From: Candidatus Bathyarchaeota archaeon
GTDB lineage: Archaea > Thermoproteota > Bathyarchaeia > Bathyarchaeales > Bathycorpusculaceae
DNA: 64,000 nt
Direction of reading: 5' to 3'
NCBI GenBank assembly: GCA_963828195.1
Contig: CAWHDT010000005.1
Location: 704,001 to 768,000, forward strand
The notes under the pieces are model-generated. The model worked only from the letters and a program-made list of their open reading frames with translations. It was not told the DNA's origin and searched no databases. A program made the translations under genes and the position numbers. This document shows, piece after piece, positions 28,195 through 38,783 of the stretch (positions are counted from its first letter, which is position 1; each line of letters starts with the position of its first letter).

Positions 28195-29148
28195 TTGATG
28201 AGGAAAAGTAGCGGAACAAAGGTTGCGATTGTTGGGGCGGGCTTTGTTGGTACCACTTTTGCCTATTCACTTTTGATTCGCAGTTTGGTCTCTGAGGTTG
28301 TCTTAATAGATTCAGATAAAGACAGGGCAGAAGGGGAAGTTATGGATTTGAGTTATGGGTTGCCTTTTTTGGAGCCTGTGGACGTTCGCTCCGGCGACTA
28401 CTCTGACTGCATGGATTCAGACATAGTTGTCGTTACCGCGGGTAGCGCCAGAAAAAGCGGGCAGTCTCGCATGGAATTAGCAAAAGAAAATTTTGCGCTC
28501 ATGAGGGAAGTAATCTCGAAAATCACCGAGTACAACGAAAAATGTATCCTGCTGATGGTTACAAACCCGCTTGACGTTATGACGTACACTGCCTTGAAGC
28601 TTTCAGATTTCCCCCAAACAAAGGTTATCGGAAGCGGAACAGTCCTGGATACGGCTCGACTTCGGTATGTGCTGGGAGAATACTTGCAGGTTGACTCAAG
28701 AAACGTCCATTCCGACATCATCGGGGAACACGGAGACAGCGAAGTGCCCGTTTGGAGCCTTGCAAACGTGGCCGGAATTCGGCTGAAAGAGTACTGCCCC
28801 CTTTGCAGTTTGCCGTATGAAGAAAAAATTTTCGATGACCTTTTCGTTAAGGTACGCGACGCTGGAAAAGAAATCATAAGGCGCAAAGGCAGAACCAACT
28901 ACAGCATCGGCTTAAGCTTAACAAAGATAGTGGAAAGCATTCTCCGCAACGAAAACTCCATTTTAACCGTTTCATGCTACCTCGAGAACTATCACGGAGT
29001 AGAAGATGTGTGCCTAAGCGTACCCGCCGTCGTCAACAGAGAGGGCATAAAGAGAATAATCGATCTGCCGCTTGACCAAAAAGAAGAAGAAGCATTCCGA
29101 AAATCCGCTGACGCCGTCAAGGAAATCAACAAATCACTCGGTCTGTAG
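28195..29148 (+). CDS. L-lactate/malate dehydrogenase family protein (Arg at the specificity position)
   Basis: GAGFVG, TAGSARKSGQSR, VTNPLD, GSGTVLDTARLR and GEHGDS. Confidence 0.9.
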   Translation: MMRKSSGTKVAIVGAGFVGTTFAYSLLIRSLVSEVVLIDSDKDRAEGEVMDLSYGLPFLEPVDVRSGDYSDCMDSDIVVVTAGSARKSGQSRMELAKENFALMREVISKITEYNEKCILLMVTNPLDVMTYTALKLSDFPQTKVIGSGTVLDTARLRYVLGEYLQVDSRNVHSDIIGEHGDSEVPVWSLANVAGIRLKEYCPLCSLPYEEKIFDDLFVKVRDAGKEIIRRKGRTNYSIGLSLTKIVESILRNENSILTVSCYLENYHGVEDVCLSVPAVVNREGIKRIIDLPLDQKEEEAFRKSADAVKEINKSLGL

Positions 29149-29311
29149 CCAGGTCAGCAAGAAACTAGAAGGTTAATTACCAATTTTTGATGAAAAAGTA
29201 GAAAACATTTTGCGACAAGCATTTCATTAGTAAACGTAAACAAGAAACGACTCCGAGGATCATTGGACGATGTTGAGCTGTTAGTCGCCAGCCCATATTG
29301 CAACGGGTCTT

Positions 29312-29872
29312 TTATTCAGGATCTTCTTCTTTTAACTTATCTTTGCTAAAATGGGTATCTATCCATGTGCTTGCCCATTTATTTACTATATTATCCAAAA
29401 AGCTTGATTGGTAAGTAATTAGAATTTTTGCTACTCGCTCCTCATCTTTTAAGGTGTAAATGTTTTCGTAGCCTATTTTGGTCCGCTCAACGATGCAGTT
29501 ATCCAGCAGGTACTTTAAATAAAAAGAAACCGTTGAGGAAGACAACCCCAAAGTTTCAACGATAGATCGGTACTTCGCCTTCTTGTTGACAAGAATCAAC
29601 ATTACGATTTCCCTCATCCGCTTCTGCCGCAAAACTGAAAGCACCTTTTTATCCTCAGCCGCAAGCGGCTTATAGTAGTACCGAGTATAATGCTCAGACT
29701 TCTCCTCAATCACAACGCTCCTGCGAGCCATATAATTCAAATGATACTGAAGACTCGCCAAAGGCATACCCAAAATCCGCTGCAGCTGCCTAATATGCAT
29801 ACCAGGATTCTTCATAATAACCGCGTAAATTTTGCTTCTTCGCTTATTTTCTAAGATTTCGTCTTTAAACAT
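29312..29872 (-). CDS. double winged-helix transcriptional regulator
   Basis: RSKIY..I.KNPG.H...L.YHL followed by a second HTH (LSSSTVSFYL). Confidence 0.8.
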   Translation of the reverse strand: MFKDEILENKRRSKIYAVIMKNPGMHIRQLQRILGMPLASLQYHLNYMARRSVVIEEKSEHYTRYYYKPLAAEDKKVLSVLRQKRMREIVMLILVNKKAKYRSIVETLGLSSSTVSFYLKYLLDNCIVERTKIGYENIYTLKDEERVAKILITYQSSFLDNIVNKWASTWIDTHFSKDKLKEEDPE

Positions 29873-30027
29873 AATTTCTTAGCCCCGTAAAACGCCTACG
29901 AGTTTAATCGAAAGAGAAGCAGCATCGATTAGTGAAGGAGGATTATTCGTGAATTTCACTTCTAACTTCTTTTAAATCAGCGTTATATAAAAAGAAAATG
30001 GGGGAATTTGTTTTTTCCCTTGATGTT

Positions 30028-32688
30028 TTATGGGTGTTTTCTTAGCATCAGCAGAGCCAGCGCAATGCCGACTATGATGATGACAACGATTATGGCTGCG
30101 ATGGCTGGTACAAAGTACATGTCAGCGACGGATGTTGGGGTAGCTGTAGGTGCAGTGGTAGCTGAGGGTTGTTGCATTACGGTGAAAGATGTTTCAGCTG
30201 ATGATCCATAGTAAGCTTGGCTTCCGGCGAAACTTGCGTAAACTGTGTAGTTGCCTGCGACGTCAGGTGTCCAAGTTAGAGTGAACATGCCGCTTGAATC
30301 AGTTGTTGCGGTGCCTATGACTCGGGTGTTGCCGTTAGAGTCTAGGACAGTTAGTGTCACTGGAACGCCCGTGAAGTTGGTTGGTTCTGGTTGCTGCTGG
30401 TAAACGTAGCTCATCCATTGGCTTTCGCTTGCGTCAGATGCGCATGGAACACCATGTGGGAAGTCCATTGCCTGCTCGTTTTGCTGTGTGCCCGCGGAAA
30501 TATCCATCACTGTGCCACTGATTACTACTGGTTGTCCGTAGGAAAGCGCTGCTTGTGGTGCTGAAACCGTGGTTTCGCTTGGTCCTTGACCGATAACGTA
30601 AATTTGGTTGTCGTAGCAGTTGAAGAATTCTGCGTAGCCGTCAGCGATAGCAAGGGGTTGCATTGAGGTTCCCAGTCCAGCTGCAGATGAATCTGACAGT
30701 GTCCAAAGTAGTGCTCCAGTGGTTGCATTTATGGCGCGCATCAGTTCTCCTTGGTATAGTGGTTGTCCGTTGCCGTGTTCACCAGAAAATGTGTAAAGTA
30801 CTCCGTCGGCAAATTCAGTGATGTGTGTTGGATAGAGACCCCAAGGTCCATTATTGTACATCTGTGTGGTGTTTCCTTCGCCGCCGTTACCGTAGGTCCA
30901 CAGTAGAGTTCCGTTAAGCATTGAATAGCAGTAGACTATTCCGCCGTAGCCTGCAACGTAAAGATTTCCGTATGCTGGTACACCTTCTCTTGAGCTGTAG
31001 TATTGGAATCCTGTTTGAGCAATAGCGCTTGGACCCCAAACTAGGTCTCCGGTGGCAAGGCTGTAAGCAAGTCTCTGACCTGTCTCTTGATATGTCATTG
31101 TCCACTCGTTAGTGTATGGATCAAGCGGTTGAGTGTTCAACATTTCAGTAAGGTTACCTGATGGCGCTGCGTAGTCCTGAACCCACAATACGTTACCTTG
31201 TGATCCTGCTGCGTCGCTTAGACACCACATAACCCACGGGTTCTCGTTAGGATTAGCGTTCGCGATGAGGGCAACGTTGCTGCTGGTTCCGAGAATATAT
31301 TCGCCAGGGATAACGCCAACGATGTGTGGTGATGCTGTGTTAGTTGATGTAACGCCTGTTGCGGTTGCAGGTTCAGATAAGTTTGTCGTTATCGTCGTGT
31401 TATAGTTGTATACACCGAATGTTTGGCAGTTAATGACAATGCCCATTGCGTTCGGAGGTGCTTCCAGTGGATAAGCGTTTGAAGTTGTGCAATTTAGGAT
31501 TGTTGCGCTCTCGTTAAATTGAGCAATCCAGCCGGTATTTGTTGTGGTGCTCCAGCTGAATTGATAGATGTCTATCTCGCCGTTGTTAAGCATAACTTGG
31601 GTTCCTGAGGGAACATTTGTCAAGTTATATTCATCGGTGTAAGTAGCTGCGTTGTAGCCTATCCATGTACTTCCTGAAGTCTGCCATAGTATAGCTCCTG
31701 ATGGTCCGTACTGGTTCTCAGTTATGTCATCGTAGACTTGCGCGAAGCTTGGGTAAAACACTGTACTGGTCCATAGGACTTTGCCAGTGGTCAAGTCAAC
31801 CGCAACTTCAGGCCCAGTTGTTCCTGCTCCACCGCCTGTTTCTCCAGCAGCCTCTTGGTAAAAGAGTATACCATTGACAATCAGTGGGGCATTGTTTCTA
31901 TCCTCGTATGACATGCCTGTGAAATATTGCATAGCAATTTCAGCGGGTTGTTGAGTTGGGTCTCCGGCTTGTGTTACGGATCCGCCGACTAAGCCGCCGA
32001 ATTCTAGGGGTGCAGTCCACATTATGTGTGGGGTCATAGGTGCCGCGCCGCTTTCTTGTGTGAAGTATTCGTTGGCTGCTCCGCCTAACCAGTTAGATGC
32101 GACTGAGACCCAGTTTTGGTTTTCCTGGTATATTGGTCGTGTCCAGTAGGCTGTTGGAAGTGGAGCGTAGCCGCCGTATGGTACAGTTGCTGATGGCGTT
32201 TGTGTGACGGTGAATGTCTGTGAGGCGCTGCTTGGCTCATAAACGTCGCCGGCAGTTAATAGAACACCGGTTGTGGAAGTTGCGTTGACAGTCTGTACTT
32301 GTCCTGGATAGCTGAAATACAATGTATAGTTTCCGACTTGGCTGGGTGTGAAGGTGAAGTCATATTCAGATCCTGGGTTAGAAACAAGAGGCACAAAAGT
32401 GGTCACATTTGTTCCGTCGGGTTGAGTAATGACAAACGTGTAGTTTACGGCTCTGATTTCATTGGTGTAAGCTGCTCCGGATATCAGCGTATTAATCCAG
32501 CCGAATATGAGCATTTGTTGGCCGACACCGCATGGGTTAGGTTCAACATCTGTAAACGCATAAGTTTCGAGAGTCCACGGAGGCGAGTGTGCACTAGCAG
32601 ATGGTATTAAAGTCAATGTTCCTCCAATTGAAACTGTTAAAATTACTGCAATCATTATAGCCATGGCTTTAGTTTTTATATTTTGCAA
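30028..32688 (-). CDS. secreted PQQ-like beta-propeller cell-surface protein with C-terminal TM anchor
   Basis: Signal peptide, repeated AVDLTTGKVLW / AINATTGALLW blades, PT-rich linker and TM helix followed by RKHP. Confidence 0.85.
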   Translation of the reverse strand: MQNIKTKAMAIMIAVILTVSIGGTLTLIPSASAHSPPWTLETYAFTDVEPNPCGVGQQMLIFGWINTLISGAAYTNEIRAVNYTFVITQPDGTNVTTFVPLVSNPGSEYDFTFTPSQVGNYTLYFSYPGQVQTVNATSTTGVLLTAGDVYEPSSASQTFTVTQTPSATVPYGGYAPLPTAYWTRPIYQENQNWVSVASNWLGGAANEYFTQESGAAPMTPHIMWTAPLEFGGLVGGSVTQAGDPTQQPAEIAMQYFTGMSYEDRNNAPLIVNGILFYQEAAGETGGGAGTTGPEVAVDLTTGKVLWTSTVFYPSFAQVYDDITENQYGPSGAILWQTSGSTWIGYNAATYTDEYNLTNVPSGTQVMLNNGEIDIYQFSWSTTTNTGWIAQFNESATILNCTTSNAYPLEAPPNAMGIVINCQTFGVYNYNTTITTNLSEPATATGVTSTNTASPHIVGVIPGEYILGTSSNVALIANANPNENPWVMWCLSDAAGSQGNVLWVQDYAAPSGNLTEMLNTQPLDPYTNEWTMTYQETGQRLAYSLATGDLVWGPSAIAQTGFQYYSSREGVPAYGNLYVAGYGGIVYCYSMLNGTLLWTYGNGGEGNTTQMYNNGPWGLYPTHITEFADGVLYTFSGEHGNGQPLYQGELMRAINATTGALLWTLSDSSAAGLGTSMQPLAIADGYAEFFNCYDNQIYVIGQGPSETTVSAPQAALSYGQPVVISGTVMDISAGTQQNEQAMDFPHGVPCASDASESQWMSYVYQQQPEPTNFTGVPVTLTVLDSNGNTRVIGTATTDSSGMFTLTWTPDVAGNYTVYASFAGSQAYYGSSAETSFTVMQQPSATTAPTATPTSVADMYFVPAIAAIIVVIIIVGIALALLMLRKHP

Positions 32689-33000
32689 TTTTTCTTTTCT
32701 CCTTAAAGTCGATGGTCAACATCATCATCCGTGCGCTTATAAGACTAATAACTCAATTTCAGAAATGAAATTAGCGCAATACATGTTTCTAGTATGTACA
32801 ATCCCTGCACACGCAAAAGTTGGCAGCAAAACAACTTGGTTATTTGAATTCAGGTTACGGGTCAATCGATTAAAGTCAATGAACACTTTGATGTCCAGAC
32901 TGCTTCTACTTCCCGAAATACCAAACGCTTTTTTATTCCACTTTTTAACTTTAAATTATGGTTTAAGGTTACTTGTTAATTAACAAAATTTCAATCAAGG

Positions 33001-34011
33001 TTGAAATTTTTGAAAAACAAGAAACACAACTATGAGGAAACGTTAAGGATAGGTCTTAGGCTATACCGTGGATTAATTTTAAACTCGTTCGGAAGTAAGG
33101 CTCCATTGTTTGGAGGACACAAGTTAACTTATAACTGTAACCTTAAGTGTAAAATGTGTCCCTTCTGGAGAAGATCCAGCGAAAACTTAAGCACCCGAAA
33201 AGAAAAAGAAATTCTAAAACAACTCTACGATTCAGGCGTTTGCGCTGTTGGGTTTGAAGGTGGGGAACCGCTTTTGAGAAAAGATTTGCCTGAAATTCTT
33301 GCTTATTCGCGCTCTCTGCCGCTACATACCAGCATCATCACTAACGGGACACTCCTCAAATCAAGGGTAGATGAAATAGCGCCATACGTCAACGGCATGG
33401 TCTTTGTTTCATTGGATGGGTTGGAGAAAACTCATGACCGCATAAGAGGCGTAGATGGCTGTTTCAAAAGAGCAATAGAGGGCTTAACAGCCGCCAAAAA
33501 CAAGGTTTCCATAACAATCAACACGACCATAATGGCAGATAACTTTTATGAAGTGGAAGATTTGGTGAAATTGGCAAGGGAGTTAGGGGTAAAAATAGTT
33601 TTTTCCGTGGCGCACGAGTATCATGACATTGATGAATCTGCACCTAAAGCCGACGAAATCAAAAAAGTTGCTAAGCAGCTTATTGAATTAAAAAAGAAAG
33701 ACTATCCTATTATGAATTCAACTAATTATTTTAAGGTGATAGCTAAAGAAAAAAACTGGAGATGCAAGCCTTGGTCGGTTGTCAATATTGGAACGGATGG
33801 TCGGTTGGTTCTGCCGTGCTACGTTCATAATCAGTACGAGACGAGCGCATCTGTTTTTGAGAACAGTATCAAAGCTGCTTCCTCAAGTTTTGACTGGAAA
33901 ATAACGGATAACTGTGTAAAATGCAATCTTCACTGTTATGTTGAGCCTTCTTTGGTGCTTTCATGGGATTTACGGAGCTGGATAGACTGGATTTTCCCAG
34001 TTAAACCGTGA
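33001..34011 (+). CDS. radical SAM protein (PTO1314-like family)
   Basis: GHKLTYNCNLKCKMCPF, FEGGEP, and a twitch-like CKPW...PCY...CVKCNLHCYVEPS segment. Confidence 0.8.
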   Translation: MKFLKNKKHNYEETLRIGLRLYRGLILNSFGSKAPLFGGHKLTYNCNLKCKMCPFWRRSSENLSTRKEKEILKQLYDSGVCAVGFEGGEPLLRKDLPEILAYSRSLPLHTSIITNGTLLKSRVDEIAPYVNGMVFVSLDGLEKTHDRIRGVDGCFKRAIEGLTAAKNKVSITINTTIMADNFYEVEDLVKLARELGVKIVFSVAHEYHDIDESAPKADEIKKVAKQLIELKKKDYPIMNSTNYFKVIAKEKNWRCKPWSVVNIGTDGRLVLPCYVHNQYETSASVFENSIKAASSSFDWKITDNCVKCNLHCYVEPSLVLSWDLRSWIDWIFPVKP

Positions 34012-34092
34012 AAAGATGAATTTTCATGCGTCTATGGATTATTCCTCCATATCTACTAATACACCAGAAAATTATAATTAGGTAATAGGTAT

Positions 34093-35565
34093 GTGATGAG
34101 AAAAGCGTTTTTGAATGCATTCTTGATAGCTCTGATGCTTAGCGGATTGGCTCTTGTCAGCAGTGCGCATTTTGGAAGGGCTCAAAGCGTAATAAACACC
34201 GGCGGCACAATTAGTTCTGACACCATGTGGACGCAAGATAACAGTCCATACACCCTTACGGGAAACTTGCTTGTAAGCAACGGAGCAACCTTAACCATCG
34301 CCGCAGGAGCAACAGTGAATCTTGACAACTACTATATAATGGTGAATGGAACGCTCGTTGTGTTAGGCTCTAATTACAGATCAATTTACATCAGCGAGGG
34401 GCAGATTATTTTTACCCAATTCAGCACTGGGTGGAGCGAGTTGACAGGTACCGGCTGCATAATCGAGAATGCCACACTTTATCAAACCTCAATATCCGAC
34501 ACAAACTCATTAAATATAAATAATGATTACATTACAGGCGGAATCACTGTTGCCTCATCTTCTGCAATTTCAAATAGCGCCATAACAGGAGATGTTGACG
34601 GCGGATTAATTTTGGGCAACACCATCAACGGCGAAGTTAGCGGTTCCACAATTTTAAATAACACCATCACGGGAGGAGTCGTGGGCAACGTGATTTCAAA
34701 TAACATTATTGTAGGAGGGATCACCGCCAGCGGCAATGATGTTATCTCAAACAATACAATTACAGGCGGGCTCCCGAATTCCGGTAACGGCATCTTTTTG
34801 AGCTCGCAGTTCCTTGGAAGCAGCGGTTTTCCCGTAATCCAAAACAACGTGATAGAAAACGTGACTGTAGGTGTATGCACCAACGTTTTCGTTGAGGCTC
34901 TTTTCAGCGTCAACATTCCGCTGGTGCAAAACAACATAATTGCCGAAAACTCGGTGGGGATAGAGTTCAGCATTTACACTTCAGAGCTGAATGCAACCGT
35001 GGCTTCAACATCAATTCAAAATAACACAATTGCCAACAATGGCGTTGGAATTGAGTTGACGGGTTCCCCTTTAACATGCATAATTCAATACAACAACATA
35101 GAGGCCAACTCAAACTACAGTCTTTATTTAAGCAGCCCAGACAACGTTAACGCAACTTACAATTGGTGGGGAACAAACGATGCGGACGCCATCAACCAGA
35201 CAGTTGACTTCACCTCAGGCACAGTTACTTTCGCGCCCTTCTTGATAGCACCAAACACCCAAGCCTCACCAAATCCAAACGCTCCAAATCCCACGCCAGC
35301 CCCAGTCTCTACTCCGTCGCCAACTCCATCGCCCACCCCGACGCCAACTTTGCCGCCTGAGCCAAGCGCATCCCCCACTGCAAACCCATCGCTCACCTCG
35401 ACGGCGCCTTCCGTTGCGTCGGTACAGCAACCCACATTGCTGTTTCCAGTTGAGTTGACCGTTGTAGCAATGGCAATTGTAATCTTGGCAGTTGCAATTG
35501 TCGCGTTCATGCTGGGGAAAAAAGCAGAGCGAAACAGCCCCCATGCGGCAGACTTCCAAATATAA
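34093..35565 (+). CDS. right-handed beta-helix (NosD/pectate lyase-like) surface protein
   Basis: Signal peptide, NNTI repeats, NATYNWWG motif, PT/PS linker and C-terminal TM helix. Confidence 0.8.
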   Translation: MMRKAFLNAFLIALMLSGLALVSSAHFGRAQSVINTGGTISSDTMWTQDNSPYTLTGNLLVSNGATLTIAAGATVNLDNYYIMVNGTLVVLGSNYRSIYISEGQIIFTQFSTGWSELTGTGCIIENATLYQTSISDTNSLNINNDYITGGITVASSSAISNSAITGDVDGGLILGNTINGEVSGSTILNNTITGGVVGNVISNNIIVGGITASGNDVISNNTITGGLPNSGNGIFLSSQFLGSSGFPVIQNNVIENVTVGVCTNVFVEALFSVNIPLVQNNIIAENSVGIEFSIYTSELNATVASTSIQNNTIANNGVGIELTGSPLTCIIQYNNIEANSNYSLYLSSPDNVNATYNWWGTNDADAINQTVDFTSGTVTFAPFLIAPNTQASPNPNAPNPTPAPVSTPSPTPSPTPTPTLPPEPSASPTANPSLTSTAPSVASVQQPTLLFPVELTVVAMAIVILAVAIVAFMLGKKAERNSPHAADFQI

Positions 35566-35769
35566 ATTCAGATACTTTGCTTAACTAATCACCTTTCAGG
35601 CCGTTTAGGATTAGCAGATTTTCTTGAAGCCCATTTGTTTTAGGCATCTTTTTTCTATTTGGGAAATGCATTTTAACTTAATATCTTTGTACTATGAAGC
35701 GTTGGCTGGACGAAGGCTGCGTTTGAATGAAAATTAAGTATTCCTCAAGGTTCAGGTAGGTTATTTGCT

Positions 35770-36312
35770 GTGCCTACTCGAAACGCGATAGAGCATGTTG
35801 CAATGCGAGTTTTTCGCTTATTCAGTAAACTAGGTTTAACGGGGATTGTGCATTTGGTCGCTGAGAAGGGAACATTTTTGGAGTATTTTAAGGGCTTTGA
35901 GAAAAACCCTGCTGTTCGCGGGATCTTTGGGGAAGAAACAGAGGAAGTTCTAAAGAACCTGAAGATGGATTTCATCGCTTTTGGCTACATGGGTGTCAAC
36001 GACAAAGATGGGCACTTGTTGGTGAATAAGCGTTACTTGAGCAGCGGCAGCAAAGTAGACATTTATCTTGATGTCATTCATGAACTCTGCCATGTGAAGC
36101 AGCACATGGAAGGCAGAGAACTTTTTGATCCGCGATACGATTACGTGGATAGACCAACAGAAATTGAAGCCTACCGCTACGCCGTGCAGGAAGCCAAACG
36201 CATTGGACTAAACGCAGCAAGTATAAGGCAGTATCTAACAGTTGAATGGATGAGCGACGAAGTTTTGGACAGGCTAATAAGGAACATGGGTGTTAACCTT
36301 GAAGAACCCTAA
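35770..36312 (+). CDS. hypothetical HExxH-motif protein (real start possibly 35848 or later)
   Basis: IHELCHVKQ and a downstream EIEAY, consistent with a zincin-like motif. Confidence 0.65.
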   Translation: MPTRNAIEHVAMRVFRLFSKLGLTGIVHLVAEKGTFLEYFKGFEKNPAVRGIFGEETEEVLKNLKMDFIAFGYMGVNDKDGHLLVNKRYLSSGSKVDIYLDVIHELCHVKQHMEGRELFDPRYDYVDRPTEIEAYRYAVQEAKRIGLNAASIRQYLTVEWMSDEVLDRLIRNMGVNLEEP

Positions 36313-36821
36313 TTTTCGCTCCACTGCAAAATTTTCTGTACATTTTTTGTAAACTTAAAGATGTATTCATCCATGGTTTCGAAATTTTTCTCAGACGCCC
36401 CAGTGCACTCCCGCAAAGATTTGAAAATAACCAAATCTAATTTACTATGCTCGAGATAAGTTTCTTTGCTATACGGCAGGCGAAGGGAAAAAGGGTTTAT
36501 GCTTCCTTCTATAGCGGTTTTTCCTCAACCTTTCTTGGGCACGATTCCCCTTGTGGGCATAACGAATAAGTTGGGCACTGTTATGACCCCTCAATTCTCT
36601 GAACCTAAAAAATCGATTCTTAGCTCTACCCCTAACCTTCTGCACCTGTTTTCTTCGCCAATGCGCATTTTATTTTTTTAACGCTCATTACTCGTACGCC
36701 TAAGCAAATAACTTGATTTATCCTTAATTTTGTTTAATAGATATTGCTTAAAGATTTTGTCCTCCAGTTCACTAGATAATTTATAGCTAAGAATATTCTT
36801 ACTCCACAGTGGCGAGGGCAA

Positions 36822-37082
36822 ATGGAAGCAGCCACAACCAAGGTTTCCTCCAAGGGACAGATAATCATTCCTGCAAACGTGCGAAAAGCCGCCAGCTTAA
36901 AAAAAGGCGAAAGGATTTCGGCAATAGCAATAGATGACACTATTGTTTTGAAAAAAATAGTTGACAGGCCATTTGAGGAAACCATGAAACCAGTTTGGGC
37001 TAAAGTTCGGCAGATCGGCCTTGCGGAGGAAGACATAAACGCCCTCATCGACGAAGCGAAAACCAAAGATAGTTTTCTTTAG
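36822..37082 (+). CDS. AbrB/MazE/SpoVT DNA-binding protein (orphan antitoxin)
   Basis: TTKVSSKGQIIIPANVRK motif. Confidence 0.85.
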   Translation: MEAATTKVSSKGQIIIPANVRKAASLKKGERISAIAIDDTIVLKKIVDRPFEETMKPVWAKVRQIGLAEEDINALIDEAKTKDSFL

Positions 37083-37096
37083 GCACTTGACGTTAT

Positions 37097-37573
37097 TTAT
37101 TGACCAATTTGGATAATTTTAACATTGACTGTTCCATTACATGCCAGTTGATAGCTTGTTACATTGCCTGGAACAATGAAATTGAACTGCATTGAAGTGT
37201 CATAGCCAGACGCGCCGTAGAGATTTCTCGCTAATTGAAAAGTTCCAGTAAAATTAGCAAGGCATATATTTGTTAGTGGCTGCCCGTTTGTTGCAACATA
37301 GAAGTCAGTCTCGTTTAATATCACAGGCTTGGAAGAGCTCATTTCAGTGTTGATTATTATACTTGTAGCCCATCCATAATATGAATCATAATAGTAATGT
37401 GCACTGTTTTCTGATATGTAATAACTCTGAGTTGGTTGGCCAGGGGAGTTTGAACAAGTTACGATTACTGATGGTTTACTATTACTACTTAACGTTTGAA
37501 AAACTATCACACCACTTGTTACAACAAGTACACAAATTATAGCTATAATTAATGTGAGTAGTTTCTTATTCAT
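37097..37573 (-). CDS. hypothetical membrane-anchored protein (AT-rich)
   Basis: N-terminal TM helix and Ser/Thr/Asn-rich ectodomain. Confidence 0.6.
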   Translation of the reverse strand: MNKKLLTLIIAIICVLVVTSGVIVFQTLSSNSKPSVIVTCSNSPGQPTQSYYISENSAHYYYDSYYGWATSIIINTEMSSSKPVILNETDFYVATNGQPLTNICLANFTGTFQLARNLYGASGYDTSMQFNFIVPGNVTSYQLACNGTVNVKIIQIGQ

Positions 37574-37797
37574 TTTTCAAACGCTCGTTATCGCTTAGTA
37601 GGTTGGTTTCTTTTTAAAACTTACCCTTCTAGTGCATCCTCAATTATCTGTCAGCACTTAAAAGTTTAAGCCAACCCAACAAATAAGAATAGATTCTTTG
37701 GAATAATCCAATTCTGAAATATGCCTTTTAAGCCTTAGAAGCAACTTACTTATTCAAGGAGAATCTTGCAGAGTTTTGCGGAAGGCTTCAGATTCCA

Positions 37798-37998
37798 ATG
37801 TCAGCATTTGATAACCTTATAAAAATGTTGAAGCATCAGGGCTTCGTACTCTGGAAACATAAAATGACCCCAGATTCTGTTTTGGTGAAGTTGGCGAGCA
37901 TTAAACCTGGAAAGAGCGAAGTGATTTCTCTTCGATTCGATAAAATACAAGCAGAATCAGCAAAAATCAAAAACTACGTCTTTTACGGCTACGATTAA
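37798..37998 (+). CDS. hypothetical small protein
   Basis: 66-aa ORF with ATG start. Confidence 0.45.
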   Translation: MSAFDNLIKMLKHQGFVLWKHKMTPDSVLVKLASIKPGKSEVISLRFDKIQAESAKIKNYVFYGYD

Positions 37999-38014
37999 AG
38001 AGCCCTTTACTTTT

Positions 38015-38395
38015 TTAAACGACGAATTCAACGCCTTCTAACGCCTTGAACCATTTATCCCCCGTTAAAAATTTCACTTTCATTTTTAATGCAAGATAGT
38101 ATCCAAGAGCATCAGCGTAAGATATGTCACAGCCTTTTTTCTTTAGCTGTAATCTCAGCTTTATTGAACCTTCAATTTCATCCATTCCAAAGTCAACCGC
38201 GTATTTGGCAAACACTTTAACTACCTGAGAAGCGGCTTCTGCTCCATGAAGCTCAAGAGTTCGGTAAGATATTTCCACTAAATTCAGCTTGGTCAAAAAA
38301 CCGTCGTGTTCTTCAAAATAAATCCTGTAATTTGGGTTATCGCTAAGATAAGCCAAAACAGCATAGCTATCGTAGAAGAATCTTGCTTTCTGCAA
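38015..38395 (-). CDS. vapC: VapC PIN-domain toxin
   Basis: FFYDSYA, E, SYADA and LTGD PIN acidic residues. Confidence 0.85.
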   Translation of the reverse strand: MQKARFFYDSYAVLAYLSDNPNYRIYFEEHDGFLTKLNLVEISYRTLELHGAEAASQVVKVFAKYAVDFGMDEIEGSIKLRLQLKKKGCDISYADALGYYLALKMKVKFLTGDKWFKALEGVEFVV

Positions 38396-38602
38396 TTATT
38401 CCCAGCCGCGTTTCATTTCGTCCTTTTCATGTTGCAGGTCTTTAAAGGGGTATTTGCCTCGAAGGGCTCGCACGTCCGATATTTTTCTAACAGTGATTTC
38501 TACCTCTTCCCCCTCTTTAAGACCCTCTTCGTCAACCAAAGCCTTCGGAAGCACTATTCCCAGCGAGTTTCCCCAGCACTTAACTTTCGCCTTCGCATTC
38601 AT
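38396..38602 (-). CDS. vapB: AbrB/MazE-type VapB antitoxin
   Basis: KVKCWGNSLGIVLPK motif, directly upstream of vapC. Confidence 0.85.
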   Translation of the reverse strand: MNAKAKVKCWGNSLGIVLPKALVDEEGLKEGEEVEITVRKISDVRALRGKYPFKDLQHEKDEMKRGWE

Positions 38603-38664
38603 AATTATACAAGTATAACTAACCACCGTTAAACCTTTTGCAGCTTTCCAAATAAAAGCAATTC

Positions 38665-38682
38665 TGGCAGGCCCGATGGGAT
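38665..38682 (-). repeat. partial copy of the tRNA-Arg 3' end (att-like direct repeat)
   Basis: TGGCAGGCCCGATGGGAT versus TGGCGGGCCCGATGGGAT at 41681-41698 (17/18 identical). Confidence 0.75.
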
Positions 38683-38783
38683 GCGCTTAATTATCAGACT
38701 GCGTCAAAACTCAGCGCTAAAGCCTAAAAGCATCTATCCCTCAAGCTATTGCTCGGAATCCTTTGTCACTTGTTTTCGCTTTT

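Noticed and set aside
35260-35420. Pro/Thr-coding low-complexity repeats (also at about 42160-42270)
   Set aside because: Ordinary PT linkers of surface proteins.
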